Positions 40,481 to 55,550 of a stretch of 64,000 nucleotides of DNA are shown in pieces. Below the pieces are notes generated by a model. That model was given only the letters and a program-made list of their open reading frames with translations. It was not told the origin of the DNA and did no database searches. Origin of the DNA: Eledone cirrhosa (taxonomy: Eukaryota); contig OZ024749.1 of the NCBI GenBank assembly GCA_964016885.1, positions 20,956,001 through 21,020,000 of the forward strand. Reading direction: 5' to 3'. Position numbers and translations under genes: made by a program. How positions within the stretch are numbered: the stretch's first letter is position 1; each line of letters starts with the position of its first letter.

Positions 40481-42800
40481 ACAGACACTGTGACGAAGGG
40501 AGGGAGAGAGAGAGAGTCGGGGTAAGAGGTGCAACAACGACCGGAGTGGCAGCACACTGTGTGTGTGTGTAATAGATTAAGTGATAGAAAGAGAGAGAGA
40601 GAGTCTGTGTGTGTGTGTGTGTGTGAGATAAAGTAGGAGGAAGGGGAGTAGTAAGACCAACCAACGAGTAAAAGTAAGAGGCAACAGAGGAAATATGAGA
40701 GAGTGGAAGAGGAGGAGTAATATATTGGCTAAAGAGAGTAGAAGCAGGAGGCGATCACAATAATATAAGTGAGGTAATATGATAGAGTGGGAGAATTAAA
40801 AATGAAAGTTGAAGGAAGAGGTAATCACTGCACTGCCCTGAGTAACAAACGAAAGAGAGAGAGAGAACGAAATCAGCGAGGAGGAGTAGGAGGTGTTGTA
40901 TTAATCGGAGTGAGAGGCAAATTGAAGTATCAAAAGCAGGAAAAAAGATAAAAAGATACAGAACGATGGAGGGGGAGAGATTAAGTTGAAGGATGCGGTA
41001 TTATAATCACTGGAGTAGCAGGAGAAAGAGAGTGTGGTGAAGTAAGAGGCAAGTGCTTTTAAAGCACTGAGTTGAGGGTAGAGAAAATGAGTAGCGGGAA
41101 TAGGTATGTCAGTAAATGAAGTAGCAGGCACGCTGAAGAGTGTTGATAGAGTAGTGGGAGGCAAATCGTAAGAGAAACTAGAGACGGGAATATTAGATAG
41201 CGAAAGAGTAAGAGAGAATAAAGACGTGGTAAATGCGAAAGTAAGGTAAAGAGAAATTTAATAAAGGATTCTAAGAAGGTAATATTATATGAAATATAAA
41301 AACCCTCCTTTTACAGCCACTCACGGGCGCTTGTACGAACAAACCCGAGTTGAATTCGATCATTTATTAAATAAAAGGTAAAAAAAAAATAATAAAAGCT
41401 ACTCGTTAATTACCCGGATGTCAAGCAAATTAAGAAAGATGGTTGCAGTAAGAGGTGAGTTATTGATGAGAGTAGCAGAGATATGTAGTAGGAGGGAGGG
41501 GTTAGTTGGTGGTGAAAAATAAATGCTTTCTTTTTACGGACACTGGCGAACTTGTACGAATATCCGCGGTGATATACGATTTTGATATCCAATTTGGAAT
41601 GGGTAGACGAGAGAATATCTCACTTTTAATTTGGTTGGGAAAAGACAAAAAAAAAAAAAAGATATTTTACACACAATAAGATAAATCCTTTTGCAATGAA
41701 CTGTTGTGTTTTTATATGTTATCCTTTAACTGAACCAAAGAACAAAAGTGATAAAGTTATAATTTTTCTTCAGAGCATTAATATCCAGAAGTGTTCTAAG
41801 AATTACTGATATTGCATCAAGTTGACAAAGTTATCTCGTTTCGAAATTGTTTATGAAATTAATAATCCTTGGTTCCAGGCGTAATGATAATATGATATAT
41901 ACATATATATGCAGATTTTTTTTATCCTTATCCGATCGTAAAATAATAATTTTTTTAATAACCGATCGTAAAAAAAAAATGAAGCAAAAACAAAAACGGC
42001 TGTATAAATTATAACGTTTAACAAAATTTCACAACGTATATTCCAAAAGCAGCCGATATTTTAGATATTATATATAGGTGGATATCTCACTGGGGTAAAG
42101 AATATATAACACAATATCACACAGAGGGAGTAGAGTTGGTTAAGTTATCTTCGCGTCGTATTTATTCCGCTGTTCCGCCAATAGTGGTAATGGTAATAAT
42201 AATAATATTATTAATAACATGTAATTTTTTTTAAATATCCGTTCCAGGACAAAAGATAGAGGAAACAATTTCTTCGTTTCGTTTCGGTTTTTGTAAGGTT
42301 TAAACAATACCTTTCGTACAAAATAAATAAAATATTTTATATTATACTTTTTGTGACTTTTATCATCTTTAAAAATAAAGTAATTTGAAATTATATACTT
42401 TCTTTAACTTATTTCTTACAATCAAAATCTTTTAATGCGATAATATAGTAAAAAAAAAAAAAAATCACAGAATTATATATTTAAGTAACGATGGCGGAAA
42501 AGGGAACTCCGGTTTTTCCCCCACTCCTGATTACTAAAAAAAAAAAATTAATATACGATATACATGTATGTGAATGTATATATAATTTTTTTTTTTCACT
42601 GATGCAGTATTATTATTATTGTTTAAATATAATATAAATTTTAACTTTTTTTTAGTTTTGAAGACAGATGTTGTTACGGAGAAAGCCGGTCGTGTACGAA
42701 GCTACGCTGTAGCAGAACTGGCTTTTTACAACAAACGAGAACTAGCGCTTGCTGAAAATTGCCCGGATGAGACGACCAAATGAGCGATTTGATTGTTTCA
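40340..42800. promoter_or_regulatory. CpG-enriched, transposon-free promoter-like region
   Basis: No recognisable SINE or MITE over >2 kb. CCCGGATG at ~40459, 41413 and 42763; ATGGCGG at ~40412 and 42491; long GA-rich tracts; a second donor-like site CCC|GTGAGT on the minus strand at ~41324. Confidence 0.5.
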
Positions 42801-43363
42801 TAAAGGAAGGAGGAGGAAGAGGAGGAGATTAAGTTACAACGAAGGGATGAGGGAGGGAGAGAGAGAAAGAAAGAAAGAAAGAGAAAAAGAGAGGGAGGTG
42901 GCATAAAATTAACGAGGAAAAGAATATGGTTAATATTGGAGTGGTAGTTGTAGTAGGTGAAAGACGAGAGTGGTGAGATATATATAAAGAAAGAGAGAGT
43001 AGGAGGAGAGAAGAAGAAGAGGAAGAAATAGTAGGAAGATGAGAAGAATGTGAACAGCAAAACTATACAAACTCAATGGACATTCTCTACTATCGATGCA
43101 CAGAGGTATCAGAAATAAAATCTCGAGATTTACAACACACAATATATACATATATAAAGAAAAGGGTTTTCCATATATCTCTCTCTCTTACAGTTTTGCC
43201 CCCCCCCCACCCACCCCTGCCACTATTCATACAATATCCATGTATAAATTTATGGCATCGCAAGGAAGATACACACACATGTGTAAACTACACATTTAAA
43301 TGTAAATATAATTAATATATGAAAGCTCACAATAAACAGTTGGAAATTATGTGTGTATGCATG

Positions 43364-43397
<34 letters not shown>

Positions 43398-43531
43398 AAC
43401 ACGCGCATACATACATACATATAAAGACACACAAACATAAACACCGATACATACATATATAAACACACATGCATACATATAAACAGGCGCACATTTATAT
43501 GTACACACACACATACATATAAATATATGTA

Positions 43532-43562
<31 letters not shown>

Positions 43563-45544
43563 AGGAACCACCAGGCTCTCTTCAATCAACCCTGTTTATA
43601 TCAGAAGCAACCAAGAAAATTGGATTATTAGAAAGCTCTCAGCAATTTCGGAAAGAAAACACACACACACACATTATATATATATATAAATGAAAAGTAT
43701 AGAAGTATAGAAATATATATATATATACACACACACACTCACACACAAAACCACGCATACATCCAAACATCAGCATATTTATACATTATTTGCCAAACCT
43801 ACACACACACATATATGTGTGTATGCGTGTGTGTGTCATAATAACCATATTTATATAATTCCTGACAAACTACACAAGTGTTTTCCTGTTTTTATTTCTA
43901 TTTATTTATTCTTGTCTATTTTTCTAGTTCTCATTCTATCTCCTGGTGAAGGACTAGGACTAACGCCCGAAAGGTTATGACTTTTCCTATCAAACGTTAA
44001 ACTAATACACACACGCATACAAACAAACAAACACACACACACATATATATATATATATCGTAAACAGAAATAACAACACAATCGGTACATTATTAGCGCT
44101 AGTCCTTCATCACAAGAAAGCGAGAGAGAGAGAGAGATAAAGAACTACATATACTGGTACCTTTATAACTGATTAAATCATGGAGAAATTTAATTCTATT
44201 CCTACACAGATGGGAAAAAAAAAACACATTTTAAGGCCATTTTCGTCAGATTAAGTAAGTATGGGGGCCCATGACAGACTTAACAGTTTCAATATGAAAC
44301 TGGTCCTGGTTCTCACACAGCTCACATCATCATCATCATCATCAGTTTTACGTCCATTTTTCCATGCTAGCATGGGTTAGACTTCAATTGAAATCTTTCA
44401 TCATAATTTTATGCAAGAACCTTTATTAAGTTATTTTCCAAACACCCACATCAAAATGAAAAAGTTAATTATTTTACTAAATCCCTCAGGTTTCACTATT
44501 TTCAAAATTATCTGAAACTCAGACAGCGTCTTTTATTAGATATATGGTTGGGGAAGTCATAGGGATGCCGTATTAGCATACAGCATTTCTAGGACATTTT
44601 AAAACCTGGCAGGAAAACCCAATCCTCTCTGGGCTTGAATATAGCAGATTTCTGAGAGAGAGGGGGGAAGTTTGGTATCATAGAACCAGGGGCAGTTCAA
44701 CCCCTCTTGATACCAAACTGCATAGTATTCTCTATTACAAAGATGTTTATTTTAAAGTGTTTATACTGATCTAGAAAATTCCATCATAATTTCACAGAGG
44801 AACCTTTGTTAAATAATTAGTGACAAATGTTTATTCTCAATACAACTCACAAAGTTGGCTTAACAAAACATTGGTAATTACATAAATATAAAAAAAAGAA
44901 CATAAAAACAAAATTAAGTAATGAGAAAAAGAAGGACAGACCTGGCTGTATGGGAAAGTAGAGGAAAGGACTATAAATGCTGCTATAAATGAGAGGAAAA
45001 GGAGGGAGAAGGCAAGGATTCTTGGGCCACAGAAGGGAGAGGAAAGGGGAGCAGGTGATGGCCTCTGGGCCTAGGGCAGAGTGGTGTTTGGGCTATGCCA
45101 CATAGACAAAACTGCAAAGGCATTTCCATGGACAATGGCCAGTGACACCCGCTGCAACAGCCACCCCACTTCGCAGGGCTCCTTCCTCAAACTCCAGCAT
45201 CAAAATGAGAAAGTTATATTATCGTTTTTAAGCTACTCCAAATTCTTCATTATTTTCAAAATGATGTGAAAATTAAAAGCAGTGTGATTCATTGAAAGAG
45301 TTACGGTTTCTCTATTCTAAGATTTGCTTACATGTTTGGAATTTAAAGATTCAACTATGAGAAGTAAGTTATTAGCATTTAGAACTTGAATAATAATACA
45401 ATAGAAGAGATTGAAAACTTAGCTCTGAAAGACACATTAGCTGCATGATAAATTCCTCACAGAAGTCATTGGTAACTCTAAGCACCTCTGTACATGTTTA
45501 CATGGCTCCCACAAGCTACTCATCTACACTTAATGATCTCACAG

Positions 45545-45605
45545 AGTAGTAACCTGTCAAAGGTCTTCTCCAAGTCAACAACTACAAGGCATAGTGGCTT
45601 GCTCA
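45545..45605 (-). mobile_element. tiny RTE reverse-transcriptase fragment
   Basis: Translation KPLCLVVVDLEKTFDR (RT DLEKAFD motif). Confidence 0.6.
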
Positions 45606-46259
45606 AAGTAGGGAAAAAATATTGCATATATATATATATGTGTGCCGATACCCATCCTTTTGCATTCAAGGGGTTTATATGCCCTGTTATTAGACTGTTA
45701 TATTTAGTCAAATGTTATGGTGAAGCTTTTTATTTCAATATTCAAACTTTGCTGCTTGCCATCTTCTAAACAAACTTCCCTTGTTTACATAATATATGAT
45801 TATTTAACGATGTCATCGGCAAACTATGACCCACAAGCCACATGGAGACCGTTTTCAAAATTGTCTTGAATTTTTTAGTAGTGCAGCCCACTGCTTGAGA
45901 AAGGTTTAGACATGTCATCACAGACCAAGTTAGTACTTAATCAAAGTACACACTTCTCAAGGTGTCCATCTTGCTTACACACATTGCTACATTCTACAAC
46001 AGTGACAGTGCACGAAAACTAGGGAGGGTGTTGTGCCATTGACTCAACTGAAGAGTTCTCCTGACCATCTGCTTAACACAGTTCCTATGGCTGGATGCTC
46101 TTCCTATCTCCAACCACTCTAGAAAGAAGTAACTACAGAATGAAAATGACAGCACAACTAATTAGAGAAAAAAGAGTGAAAATAAATGAGATGCAGTTTA
46201 GTGTTGTACAGGAAGGAGCACCACAGATGCCTTCTTTTTAGTGAGATAACTACAAGTTC

Positions 46260-47040
46260 TGAGTGATGTGTAAGCTACTATATCTAGAGATCTGGAGAAG
46301 ACCTTTGACAGAATACCATGATCTGTTTTCTGGTGGTCTTGGGAATAGATAAGAGGTTTCTGAGAGCTGTGCAAGCCTTGTTTAGAGGTGCTGTAAGTAA
46401 AGTGAAAGCAATAACTTTAGTGAAGAATTCAATGTGCAGTTAGGTAGGTAGGTTGTTCATCAGAGATCTGAACTCAGCCCACTTCTGCTTATTATAGTCC
46501 TTCACACCATAACAGAAGAGTTTAATACCAGCTATCTATTGGAAACTTCTGAATACAGATGATCTGATTCTTATAACTAAATCTGTGGAAGAACTAGAAG
46601 AAATTCCTGTTGTGGAAACAACTTAGAATGAAAAGGGATCATTGTAAACCTAACTAAGACCAAACCTTTAGAAAGCAGGAAACAAAGGGCTTCTCTCTAC
46701 AAATGAAAGGCTGGCAATATGATACCTGCAAAAAGAGTGCAATGATGATGGTAGCGTGACATGGGCAGTGAATGCAGAGAATATGCAAAGGCTAGACAGA
46801 AATGAATCAAGCCTGCACTGATGGATGTGTAATGTAAGTGTGCATGAATAGTAACGCATGGATGTGTTGAGAGAAAAATACTTGGTAAAAGAGGGATTAG
46901 ATGTGTGCAAGATAGAAGAGAAAATGGTGCTGGTATGGACATGTGATGCATATGGATTATGATTGTTGAGTGAAGAAGTGCCAAGAGATCCCAGTAGAGG
47001 AAGTAGGGAGAGCTAATCTCAAAACACTGAACCACAGAAA
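46260..47040 (+). pseudogene. decayed RTE-clade LINE reverse transcriptase
   Basis: Motifs in order DLEKTFDRIP, VHQRSELSPLLLIIV, TDDLILI and WYGHVMHMD, with stops and frameshifts. Confidence 0.85.
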
Positions 47041-47094
47041 TGATAAAGGGAGTAATGAGTGAGGGGAGGCATGAGTTCCTTGTATAAGGAAGCT

Positions 47095-47225
47095 ATGGTG
47101 AAGGAAGGCCAAGGGAAATATGGGATGGAGGAAGACCAAGGAAGATATGGGATGGAGGAAGACCAAGGAAGATATGGGATGGAGGAAGACCAAGAAATAT
47201 TTGGGGTGGAGGAAGACAAAGAAAG
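47095..47225. repeat. 27-bp minisatellite, ~4 copies
   Basis: GAAGACCAAGGAAGATATGGGATGGAG. Confidence 0.9.
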
Positions 47226-47778
47226 ACATGAGCATAGGTGGTGAAATCCAACCTCAAGCCACTACACCTCACAAAGATGATGACCAAGGTAAAGAAACAA
47301 GTAACGAGATGCTGTACTGAAGAGAGAAGAGAACTTGTCTAAGCTATACTAGCAGAGGAAAAGGGTGGACATTAAAACATTGAGGATGATGACATTCTAA
47401 CATACATGTTTGTTGTATACACAGCTTACACCTGTGTATATTTATCTAGCCTCCCATGGGGGTTTTAATGATACAGGCCCCAATCCTATCATCCAACCAT
47501 ATATGTATATATATATTTATATATATGGTTACACACATGCAGACATATATACATTCCCACACACACATAATCGTTTAATGTCTATTTTCCATGCTAACAC
47601 ATACACATCATCATTGTTTAATGTCTATTTTCCACACAAACACTCACATACATATATTTATATAACAGTTCTGTAGTTGTTATGGTGCCTCGATAAAAAG
47701 CAACCAGTCCACACTAAATATAGTTGGCATTAGGAAGGGCATCCAGCCATAAAAACCAAGCAGTTCTGTATGAACAAG

Positions 47779-48002
47779 ACACGGTCTTTTTACTTTCAAA
47801 ATTTAAGTCTTTAATACACGGTCTATTACTTTTAAAATTTAAGTCTTTAATACACAGTCTATTACTTTTAAAATTTAAGTCTTTAATACATGGTCTATTA
47901 CTTTTAAAATTTAAGTCTTTAATACACGGTCTATTACTTTTAAAATTTAAGTCTTTAATACACGGTACGGTCTATTACTTTTAAAATTTAAGTCTTTAAT
48001 AC
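47779..48002. repeat. 36-bp minisatellite, ~6 copies
   Basis: ACACGGTCTATTACTTTTAAAATTTAAGTCTTTAAT. Confidence 0.95.
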
Positions 48003-48004
48003 TC

Positions 48005-48410
48005 CAAATTTTTACAACTATCTGTCCACAAGTGAAGATACTATAAACATTTGAATTGACAAATCAGTTTGAGATATTTTCTAAATTATTATAGGATATT
48101 AAGAGTTAATTAAGCAACCTAGCAGATACAGCAGTATTATTAAAAAAATATTTTCAAATTTTCACAACAATCTGCCCAGCAGTAAAGATAATGTAAACAT
48201 TTGAATTGATAAATTTGTTTTAGATATTTCCTGCTAAATTATTATAGGATGTTAAGAGTATCATGTTTAGAAGAAAAAAAATGTTTGCATTATTTTCAAA
48301 ATTAAAGTATTTTTACTCTATTATTGCAAATTTTCACAACAATCTGTCCAGCAGTAAAGATAACATAAACATTTGAATTGAAAAACCTGTTCTTTAAAGA
48401 TATTTTTTGA
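48005..48410. repeat. three tandem copies of a ~150-bp dispersed repeat
   Basis: CAAATTTTCACAACAATCTGTCCAGCAGTAAAGATA..TAAACATTTGAATTGA; single copies at ~1520-1615 and ~18030-18130. Confidence 0.75.
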
Positions 48411-48622
48411 TGAGTCATAACAAAAATGAAAAACTCATTAAAAACATAAGAGAGTTGGCTGAAAAGTTATAGGCTGACTATGAAGGAGTGATGCTAGAGC
48501 AATGAAATCTGGAATGCATTAATTTCAACCCCTCTTTATGGTCATGCCATGAGAGTATCTTCCTCAGCCTATGAAGTTTTCAGCCGACACACTTTATTTA
48601 TATATATATATATATATATATA

Positions 48623-48816
48623 AGAGGAACGGCTGAAAAGTTCATAAGCTGACTATGAAGCAGTGATGCTAGAGCTGTGAAAGCGTGCATGCATTAATTT
48701 CAACTCTTCTTATTAATAACTGCATTCTAGGGACTATGTTGAAAAGTAACCCTCATTTGGTCATTCCATGAGAGTGAGTATCTTGGTCAGCCTATGAAGC
48801 TTTCAGCCGACCCTCG
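48623..48816. mobile_element. mariner-type MITE in (TA)n
   Basis: GGCTGAAAAGTTCATAAGCTGAC ... GTCAGCCTATGAAGCTTTCAGCCGACCCTCG|TA. Confidence 0.78.
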
Positions 48817-49569
48817 TAATGAGATAATTGAAAGAATGCAGATTACGAGACACTGCTTGGACGAACGAGAATACAAGATGAGAGAGAAGAGAAAAACATG
48901 ATTACAATTTTATAACACGTTTGAGCATCCATCAATTAAACAAACATAACAGTAGTGAAGTCACAGTAATTTGTTTTTCCTGTCTTCTTATTAAACCGGT
49001 GATAGTTTCAATGAGATTTTGGGAGGATGGGGTGGAGCGGGGGATGGGGTGGAGCGGGGGCGGGAGTGGAGTGGGATGGGGTGAGGTGGGGTGGGTGTGT
49101 TAATATTGTTTTACTGTTTTTTTTTGTTTTATTATTTCATCACTGCCTCACTCACGTAACAGACGAATGATGGATTGAAGGAATATGAGAATAAGAGACA
49201 GGAAAAAAGCTAGAGTGACCTAGTTTGATAGTTTCTTTGACATGAGAGAGAGTGAGAGGGGGGTGAGAGGGGGGGGGGTGAGAGGGGGGGAGAAAGTAAT
49301 GAAGACAACTTTTGATATCAAACCTGGATATGGAAAGAAAAACTAAAAATATTTCACTAACCAGACAAACATATATATATATATATATACACACGTTTAT
49401 ACACACACACACTCATATTTATATATATATAAATACATACACACACGTTTATACACAAACATGTTTATATATACATAAAATCCTTTCATAAAAAAAAATT
49501 TTTTTTTATTAGTAATAATAAGCAGGCATGAAGACAATTTTAGATAATTTAAATGAAAATACTTGTATC

Positions 49570-50345
49570 AATCCATCACCACCATCATCATCAGCACCAC
49601 TGCTATTAGCACCAGTCACAACCACCGCCATCATCATCATCTCTACTATATCCACCACTATCATCATTACTGCCACCACCATCATCATGCTAATAATCAT
49701 ATTAAGTACCAGTCAAGTACTGAGGTCAATATAATTGACTCCACCACCATCACTATCATTACTGCCACTACCACCACCATCATCATTACTGCCAACACCA
49801 CCACTATCATCATTACCACCAACACCATCACTGCCACCCCTATCACCATATTAAGTACCAGTCAAGTACTAGGGTTCAATGTAATTGACTCCCCCTTCCT
49901 CCAAATTGCTGGCCTTGTGCCTAAATTAGAAACCATCGACATATTTCTTATTTAACAGATTACAGAACCATTCCATCATTTCCAACATTGTCATTTCATA
50001 AATTAGTCTTTCGTTGTCACTAGAAACCAGTATCATCATCATCACTATTACCATCAACATTACTGTCATCACTAACAACATTACCACCATCAAAGTCATC
50101 ACCATAAACATCAACATCACTATCATCATCACCATCATTGCCACCTCCCCTATCATCATAACTACTACGACCACCATCACTATCGTAACCACCACCATCA
50201 TCATAATCACCACAACCAACCTATCATCATCATCCCCAGTACCATCACCACCACCATTACTATAATCCTAAAGCATCGCAACCATCACTACCATCATTAC
50301 TGTCATCCCCAGTACCGCCACCGTCAACCTCCACCACCACCACAG
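49570..50345. repeat. degenerate (CAT/CAC)n low-complexity tract
   Basis: Trinucleotide-rich sequence giving poly-I/T/H/M/V ORFs. Confidence 0.9.
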
Positions 50346-50446
50346 TCAACACTAATGATTTATTTAAACAGATGTCATCAAATACATAAATTATGAATAA
50401 AACAAAATAAACTGTATGCCATCCATAATTATATATGTATATGTGT

Positions 50447-50490
<44 letters not shown>

Positions 50491-50566
50491 ATGTATATGT
50501 CAGTGTATACTATGGAAGCTATAGACACAAAACATCTGCATATCTGACTATAGACTATATACAAGA

Positions 50567-50598
<32 letters not shown>

Positions 50599-51709
50599 AC
50601 ATTATACAGAGAAATAGAGATAGAGAGAAAGTACCCTCTATACACACACGTCTGTATTTGTGTTTAAATACATATACACATATGGTGCTCCGTCGGCTTC
50701 AGAGATGAGTTCCAGTTGAGTAACCTAACAGTTTGTTATATAAAATTAAGGTGTAAGTGGCTGAGTGTTCCACAGACACGTGTATCCTTATCATACTTCT
50801 CAGGGGGATTCAACACGACACATAGTGTATGACGGGCTTCCTAACAATTTCCGTCTCACAAAAAAAAAAGAAAATTCAAGAAGCCATCCTTTGGATTCGA
50901 ACCAGAGACCACAGTATTACTTCTTGAACCTCTTAACCATAAAGTCATATTCCGTTCACACACACATATAACGATAAATTATTGGAGACGAAATCACAAT
51001 GCAGATTTTATATTGATTTAAAATACCGTATTTTATTATTATTATTAATTCATTACAGAAACCTTTTTTTATTTTTTAGGTTTCTTACAAAAACCTTACC
51101 GGAAACCAGTAACTAAAAGGGCGATCATATATTGTATATATACATATATATATATGTATATATAAAGAGATCGATATATAATTTAACGATCATATATATA
51201 TATGTATAGTTACAGCATGACCTCAGCCCATCTACTGGAACAAATAAAGTCTGTATGTGTGCGTGTAGTGTATATATATATATATATATATACCTGTGTG
51301 TGTACACTGAACAGGGGAAATTCTAATCAAGTTTTTTTTATTATTCAAACTGCATTACACGATTCGTTGTTTTCTATTAATTAAACTAGACTTATAATTA
51401 ATTATGATATAATTAATTAAATTTTGCAGCATCTAATCTAACAATATGTTTTTTAAACTGACAACAGCAATACTCCGTGTTTTGTCAGGTCAAGATATCG
51501 AAATAACAATGGAATGTTTTAAAAATAATGTTAGGGCTATGAAAAGGTAGTAGTGTCATTAATTAATTAATAAATAATAATTGTTAGTATGGTTATTATT
51601 ATTCATTTACCGTCGTTGGTGGGTTAAGTAAGAACGGTATACAAGCACTACCGCCAACACATTTCTGCCATAGTCCAGATATTTATATCGTAGACAGGAC
51701 ACTATGTAT

Positions 51710-51780
<71 letters not shown>

Positions 51781-53063
51781 TGCATATATATATATATATA
51801 TATATATACATAAAGTATAGCCCCTAGTCCCAACGGCTGGCCTTATCCATTTCATACTCGTTAGCATACATTCACATCTACACAGGTACATATACATACA
51901 CACACATTTATGTACATACATACCATACACACATACATGCATACAGATATACATACATAAACACGATTAGATAAGACATTTAAGAAAAGACCAGACCGAA
52001 AATAATTTTATGCTTTCTTCTGAAACATTCTGTGTTGTTCATTCGTTCTTTCTATCTAGGCTGAATGTGAAGATGTCGATAGAAATAATTTTAAAAAGAA
52101 TTTCAAGTGAGAGAAAAAGAAAGCGAACGTGTAGTCATATTTTCCGGTTTTTCAAAACTAAAATAATTGCTAACAAAAGAACCGTTATTAAACGGCACTT
52201 AATTAGCAAACAGACTAACAATCCTATCGCGATCATGTACATAGATTCATATATGTATGTATATATACACATATATATATAAAGACACACACATACATGG
52301 TGTTTGATTTAAATTCCGTTTCATTCTCTTTCTCTCTTATATATATATAAAAGTATATACATATCCCATTAAATAAACAAATATATACACATGCATACAT
52401 ACATGTATACAACATACATAAAATATATGAAATCACATATCTGTGTCAAAACAGGAGAGAACGAAAAAATGAGGAAGTAATCACATTATATATATGTCTA
52501 GATATAAACACTCACACACATATATATATATATATACATATGAATATAGATATATATAGTGTATTATATATATTTATAATGTATATCAATATTAATATAT
52601 ATCTGTATATCTGGTGTATTTTCCCTTGTGTGTATATGAGGGACGATATATGATCTAACGGTGATGGGGTTTTCCCTCCCAAAATAGAGAACCTTACGAC
52701 ATAGCTTTGTAACAGAAATCTATTAAATATATATGAGTGTATGTATGTATGTATGTATAAATATATATATACTTGTGCATGCATACACACATATATATAT
52801 TATATATATATACATACATATACAAATATATACATTTATTCATATATAAAAGCATGCTTACATACACGTTATGCATGTAAGCTCATCATTATTGTCATAC
52901 TACATATATAAATATATATACACATACATGTATATAAATATGCATATATATATATATATCTTACGTACGTGTATATATACATACATATAAATATATACAT
53001 CTATTCATGTATATAAACGCATGCTAACATACACGTTATGCATGTAAGCTTATTACTGTCATA

Positions 53064-53105
<42 letters not shown>

Positions 53106-53960
53106 ATATAAATGTATATATATATATATATATACATATATATATAAAAAGAGATATGCTCGTACGATTATCAGTATTACATGTATGTATAAATATACAC
53201 ACATATACATTATATATATATATGGCTTTTTTTTTTTACATAACCCTCACCTTTTAAGAACTTGTTTTGTATTCTTCGTTCGCTTGATATGCTTTTTAGA
53301 ATCGGAAGATTTGGCTTTCAGGCTTTTTTCTTCAGGGAGGGATTCTCGTGTTTCTGTCTATATGTGTATATATATATGGAAATAGAAATATATATGTGTA
53401 AGCGTGCATGTATATATATATATATGTATGTATGTATGTATGTATATATATGGGAGTATGTATAAATGTGTGTGTTTGTCTGTCTAGATGTAAGATATAT
53501 AATATAATATATATATATATGTAAGTGATATGGGTATATTTATATATTAATTAATATATATATATATATATATATAATATAATATAATAGATGCTGTCTT
53601 ATTATTTTAAATTGTTTACAAGATTTCTTCTAGTGAAAAATGTAGCTATTATTATATATATTTTTTTGCCTTCGTTTTTGGCTTTCAACCACGTGTGTAA
53701 TACAGAGCTGGGCTCCCTAGTTTGGTATTCTTTCCACACACACATATACATATACATTGACTCATACACTTACGTACATACTCACACACTTACATACACA
53801 CATATTGACTCACAATGCACATACACTACTAGACTATGTCGCGCTAACACACTCACTCAATCACTGCATTCATTCACATATTCATTCACAGTCACTCCCT
53901 CGTACGCACTTATACACACACACACACACATGTATGTATCTATCAATATATATACATATC

Positions 53961-54014
<54 letters not shown>

Positions 54015-54651
54015 CATCTATATACGCATGCTTGCATATATGTATGTATGCACATATACGTATGTATGTATGTGTTTATGTGTATATGTCTGTTTGTGTA
54101 TGTACAAAAACACGTCAAAATACGTAGACATACAGCTAAACGCAAATACACATTTTAACTCATAATCATATGTAAAATTTAACAAATGCATACCTACATA
54201 TACTAGACATAAACACACACATATATTTATATTTATGTGTGTATACATGTGTGAAGGGACAAAAAAAATTGCACCGGCAGACACGCTCATACACATATGC
54301 AATCACGTATATATACACACACACAAACACGTTTCTAAACACAGTCATATAGACAAAACATATACATACATTTATACGGACAATCAGATCTTTATACATA
54401 TACGTATGCACCAAAAGATTTGCGCCTACAAACACAAATATGCATACACACACGGGGTCATATATATATATACATGTGTGTGTGTATGTACATATTCATA
54501 TATATATATATGTGTATATATATATTTATACATATGATAACACCCGCGCTGCTTATTAAATCATACCGCATCGCACATGCTGACAGAAGACAGCACATTA
54601 AACTAATACATATATACAAACATACGTACATACATACACAGACACACACAT

Positions 54652-54734
<83 letters not shown>

Positions 54735-54878
54735 TAGATAAATAGATATTCACACAGCTGCAGACGGAAGCGATTAAATAGTGACACACATCACACACAA
54801 CGGAAATACTAACTGATACACACACACACATTGAAGACAGTAAAATAGAGACACAAACACATCATGTAGTGTGTAATG

Positions 54879-55020
54879 CAGGCATGGGCAACATTTTTCG
54901 AGCAGAGGGCCGCATAGGATATGGCTCATCGGACACACACACTACTAACAAATTCAAGGCAATTTTGAAATGGGGCGGCCCATTCAGAAAGCCAAACGGG
55001 CCGCAGTTTGACCGTGACTG
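54879..55020. mobile_element. hAT (Charlie-like) MITE
   Basis: CAGGCATGGGCAAC ... TTTGACCGTGACTG; TSD-like GTGTAATG/GTGTAGTA; same TIR type as 12684-12942. Confidence 0.65.
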
Positions 55021-55057
55021 GTGTAGTATTACAAACTATACAATATATATATATATA

Positions 55058-55106
<49 letters not shown>

Positions 55107-55145
55107 ATATATATATATGTGTGTGTGTGTGTGTATATATATATA

Positions 55146-55239
<94 letters not shown>

Positions 55240-55312
55240 TATATATATATGTATTGTTGAGTGAGACGGAAGCCGGTCGGTGTATTGCTTAAAGCTTTCT
55301 CTGTTAATGTAT

Positions 55313-55357
<45 letters not shown>

Positions 55358-55485
55358 GAAAGTATAGAAATTATTGAGAGCGTGAAGCCAACAGTATTTC
55401 ATAATATATAAGTGACTATAACGTCAATATGTATATTATTCAAAATATTAACAAATGAAAGATATTCACATAATCAAAATATATG

Positions 55486-55550
55486 CTTTATTATATATAT
55501 TTCAAAGGTACTGTGTTGTTATTTCAGTACGTCTTCATCAGGAAAATATG
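55486..55550 (-). ncRNA. degenerate hammerhead-like motif in a (TA)n-bracketed insert
   Basis: Minus strand CTGATGA-[agac GTACTG..CAGTAC cttt]-GAAA-TATATA-TA overlapping AATAAA. Core and stems II/III fit, but stem I does not pair well. Confidence 0.45.

Noticed and set aside
43940-43990. CTGGTGAAGG...CCCGAAA hammerhead-like remnant
   Set aside because: Core is mutated and stems I and III cannot be formed; at most a very old relic.
53305-53345. Minus-strand CTGAAGA...GAAA
   Set aside because: No stem II or stem I complementarity.
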